In this document: piece after piece, positions 61,693 to 64,000 of the stretch
Layout of the letters: every line of letters begins with the position of its first letter
How positions within the stretch are numbered: position 1 is the stretch's first letter
Sequence record: LC667451.1
Strand: one strand, 5' to 3'
DNA: 64,000 nucleotides
The notes under the pieces: generated by a model
What the model saw: the letters and a program-made list of their open reading frames with translations, nothing else
What the model was told of the DNA's origin: nothing
Database searches by the model: none
Position numbers and translations under genes: made by a program

Positions 61693-62424
61693 TTACGCTG
61701 CCTGCGGCAGCTGCGGGAACTTCGCGTTGACCATGCAGAATTGCAGGCGTTTGTTGACTTCCGCGATCTGGTGGTCGTTGGCGTTACTACCGCCACGATA
61801 CTGAGCCACCGAGGTCCATTCAGCGCCTGTCGAGAGCAGCCAGAGAAGCGGCATCTGGGCATCATGCACGTAACCTTGGTGTGGCGGCCAGTTGAACCAC
61901 GTGTCCAGACCACACACTGTCACCACTGCGTTCTTCAGGTCACCGCGGTACGCATCCCAGTAATCCTGGGTCGCGCACTGTGGCGGTTCAAACGCGTAGA
62001 TGTCGGCGATCAGTGCTGGGTCCATGAAGATCGGCGCCAGTAGGGCACGCTCTGCGCCGAGGGAGTGACCTTCGATGTTGATCGGAGTGCCCGTGGGCAC
62101 CAACGTCCACACCCAAGCCCAGAAGTCCTTCATGCCACAGTACACACCTGAGGGCACCAGACCGCCCTTGGGTGCCTTGATCGGAGCGAGCCAGATGTCG
62201 GCCAACAGATCTGCACCAAAGCCTTCAGACCAACGGGTACCCGTGATCGTCACGTAGTAACGATCCTTGGCGTCTTTCGATACCACGCCTTGATGGGTGC
62301 TGTCCTGATACTGACCCAAGAAGGTCATGCCCAGTTGTTCGAAGGCGGTCTTTGCCGCTGCTGGGTCGACGATGTAAGCGGCCTCTGCTCGCTGTCCTGC
62401 TGCCACAATAGCGATGGGATTCAT
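61693..62424 (-). CDS. class 3 lipase / alpha-beta hydrolase
   Basis: GHSLG nucleophile elbow, YAFEPP, D and H candidates (GLD, DH). Confidence 0.82.
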   Translation of the reverse strand: MNPIAIVAAGQRAEAAYIVDPAAAKTAFEQLGMTFLGQYQDSTHQGVVSKDAKDRYYVTITGTRWSEGFGADLLADIWLAPIKAPKGGLVPSGVYCGMKDFWAWVWTLVPTGTPINIEGHSLGAERALLAPIFMDPALIADIYAFEPPQCATQDYWDAYRGDLKNAVVTVCGLDTWFNWPPHQGYVHDAQMPLLWLLSTGAEWTSVAQYRGGSNANDHQIAEVNKRLQFCMVNAKFPQLPQAA

Positions 62425-62427
62425 GAC

Positions 62428-63141
62428 TTAAAGTGTCCTGACTACATTAGAAATAGCCCCGTTGACGATATTGAACGTAATGCCAATAGCGCCGTCCAAC
62501 GTTCCGCTGTCTGTCCCTCCTGTGCCAATACCCGTTTGGTACGTACCTGCATAGATTTCAGCCGCCTTACCGACACCCTTGGTACCAAGGAGCAGATATG
62601 CGCCTCGATACTGGATACCGTTCAGGATGGATGACGAAGCACCCAATGCCAGCAGTGCATTAACCGCCGCAGCAATCGGCGGATTAGTCACGCCTGGCTC
62701 GACAGGCGCTACACCACTAGCCGGTTCATCGAAAGTCACCACAATGAAGTTCGTACCCGCAGCCATGGCACTCACATCAGCCGAAAGCTGCGCCGAACCA
62801 TACGGTGTGGACGTCGGTGAACCACCCGATGATTCACCGAAGATGTCGTACGATCGCTGGAACACGATATTGCCGTACTTGTCGAAGGTGACCAGACTGT
62901 ACGAACGAACGGGTCCGAGCTTCTGTGCCCCATTCACCCACAGTCCGCCGTTGGCCACCGCAAGCCGGTTTTCCAACAAGCCGAGCGAGTACGCCGTGAA
63001 GTCGTTGTCGCCATGGTACTGTGTCCAAACACCACCACTATTCCGGAAAGCGCGCCGAACCTTGGTCCAGGTGCCGCCGACCTTCTTGTAGATGTGCTTA
63101 ACGACAGTCCAGGTCCCACTTACGTTCTTGTAAATCGGCAT
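62428..63141 (-). CDS. tail-associated protein with ILEI/GG-type lectin domain
   Basis: N-terminal K.V.GTW..V repeats; SY.LVTFD..G...SYDI.G ... VTFDEP ... ALLALGA ... YRGAYLLLG.KG. Confidence 0.7.
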   Translation of the reverse strand: MPIYKNVSGTWTVVKHIYKKVGGTWTKVRRAFRNSGGVWTQYHGDNDFTAYSLGLLENRLAVANGGLWVNGAQKLGPVRSYSLVTFDKYGNIVFQRSYDIFGESSGGSPTSTPYGSAQLSADVSAMAAGTNFIVVTFDEPASGVAPVEPGVTNPPIAAAVNALLALGASSSILNGIQYRGAYLLLGTKGVGKAAEIYAGTYQTGIGTGGTDSGTLDGAIGITFNIVNGAISNVVRTL

Positions 63142-63143
63142 GA

Positions 63144-63755
63144 TTACACCTGATACCAAGTGTCACCCGACGCGCCACCCGATGGTGCTGCAGACGACAC
63201 CGTGATGCGACCATCGCCACCGATCTGATACGTACCACCTTCGGCCAGGTAGCTCGCACCGTCAAAGTAGAGCTCCACCGTACTACCCGGTGCCATCACG
63301 AGTGAAGTTGCCCCACCGCTTTGTGACGACAGAATGTTGGAGCCCGTGAGCGTCCAGTTAAAGGCTGAGGTATTGTTGAACTCCAAACGTTTGCCTGCAT
63401 TCCCTGCTGCCACTGCAGGCAGTGCGGTTGTCAACGCTGCCGTCGTATTCGCTGCATCGGTTTGGAATACATAACCCCACGGATCAGCAGGCAGGGTTTG
63501 AGCGGCCGTCTTGATTGCGATCACGCCGCGCTGGCTACCAACCAGCGCACCCAGTGCAGTATCGGCAGCTGCACGCGTGGTGGCTTCGGCAGTATCTGCG
63601 TTTGCCCGTGTTGTCGCTTCCGACGTGTCCGCATTACCGCGCGTGGTGGCTTCAGATGAGATAGCCGTAGCGTTCGCTGCGTCCTTGCCATGGACAGCCG
63701 TACCAACGCCCGTAATCGCGGTTTGAAGTTGTGTAAGTTGGTCAGAAAGAGACAT
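63144..63755 (-). CDS. tail-fibre-related protein with 11-aa repeats
   Basis: SEATTR.NADT repeats; TVS..APSGG..GD.WY C-terminal motif. Confidence 0.72.
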   Translation of the reverse strand: MSLSDQLTQLQTAITGVGTAVHGKDAANATAISSEATTRGNADTSEATTRANADTAEATTRAAADTALGALVGSQRGVIAIKTAAQTLPADPWGYVFQTDAANTTAALTTALPAVAAGNAGKRLEFNNTSAFNWTLTGSNILSSQSGGATSLVMAPGSTVELYFDGASYLAEGGTYQIGGDGRITVSSAAPSGGASGDTWYQV

Positions 63756-63808
63756 TCTGGCTCCGTTGAAATTTAAGATCCATACGATGTCGTAGGAAAT
63801 TATTCGAC

Positions 63809-63836
63809 GGCATAGAGGGCGAGCCGAAGCTCGCCC
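63809..63836 (-). terminator. hairpin (TTCG loop) with CTATGCC tail
   Basis: GGGCGAGC/GCTCGCCC stem. Confidence 0.75.
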
Positions 63837-63842
63837 GGCAGA

Positions 63843-64000
63843 TCATTCGACCGGCAGAATGTAGATGGGGGAACTGTCTTGCGGCTCGTAAAGGGGTTTC
63901 TCTTCACGACCCAGCAAACGCCGCATCGCGTGTTTCTGACCCAGCTTCGCTTGCATGAAGTCGGCGATCTTCGCACCGGCTTCCGCCTGTGTCTTGAAGC
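63843..64000 (-). CDS. 3' end of a gene truncated by the window edge
   Basis: open frame ...FKTQAEAGAKIADF...IYILPVE* ending before the hairpin. Confidence 0.6.
   Translation of the reverse strand, partial: FKTQAEAGAKIADFMQAKLGQKHAMRRLLGREEKPLYEPQDSSPIYILPVE

Noticed and set aside
204-63726. Many long plus-strand ORFs (e.g. 204..1367, 24480..25577, 51100..52251, 54688..56151)
   Set aside because: Antisense shadows of minus-strand genes in GC-rich coding DNA; no SD or family motifs. Only 27538..28329 and 49970..50353 are supported.
1-64000. CRISPR array, integrase, transposase, DGR or retron
   Set aside because: No regularly spaced repeats and no recombinase or reverse-transcriptase motifs seen; the repeated hairpins are dispersed terminator-like elements.

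Overview
A 64-kb, integrase-free, gene-dense segment of a lytic jumbo phage. Almost all ~115 genes are on the minus strand. A phiKZ-like (Chimalliviridae-like) assignment is inferred from repeated AT-rich TATATTAC-type promoter motifs and hairpin terminators; no hallmark core gene lies in the window. A Burkholderia-like betaproteobacterial host is inferred from the PpiB sequence. Layout: (i) 3.7-5.8 kb is an RNA cluster with 8 canonical tRNAs (Phe, His, Gln, Asp, Glu, Ser, Asn, Tyr) interleaved with non-canonical structured RNAs. These include a three-member family of anticodon-less tRNA-like RNAs with a shared 2-nt acceptor bulge; two of them carry a second, circularly permuted tRNA body in place of the anticodon loop. 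(ii) 6-56 kb holds accessory/early genes: a cyclophilin-Tad1-like fusion, a SLOG protein, a DEDDh exonuclease, an array of small membrane proteins, a LemA-like/TPM-like pair, a C1 protease, an ART-like/BRCT protein, a lytic transglycosylase, a 2OG-Fe(II) oxygenase, a dCTP deaminase with insertions, an Ntn-protease-like protein and a triple winged-helix protein. (iii) 56-64 kb holds tail-fibre-like genes mixed with RNA-ligase-like, QueC-like and lipase genes. All protein family calls are from motif recognition by eye and all RNA structures are from manual base-pairing; no searches or folding programs were run.
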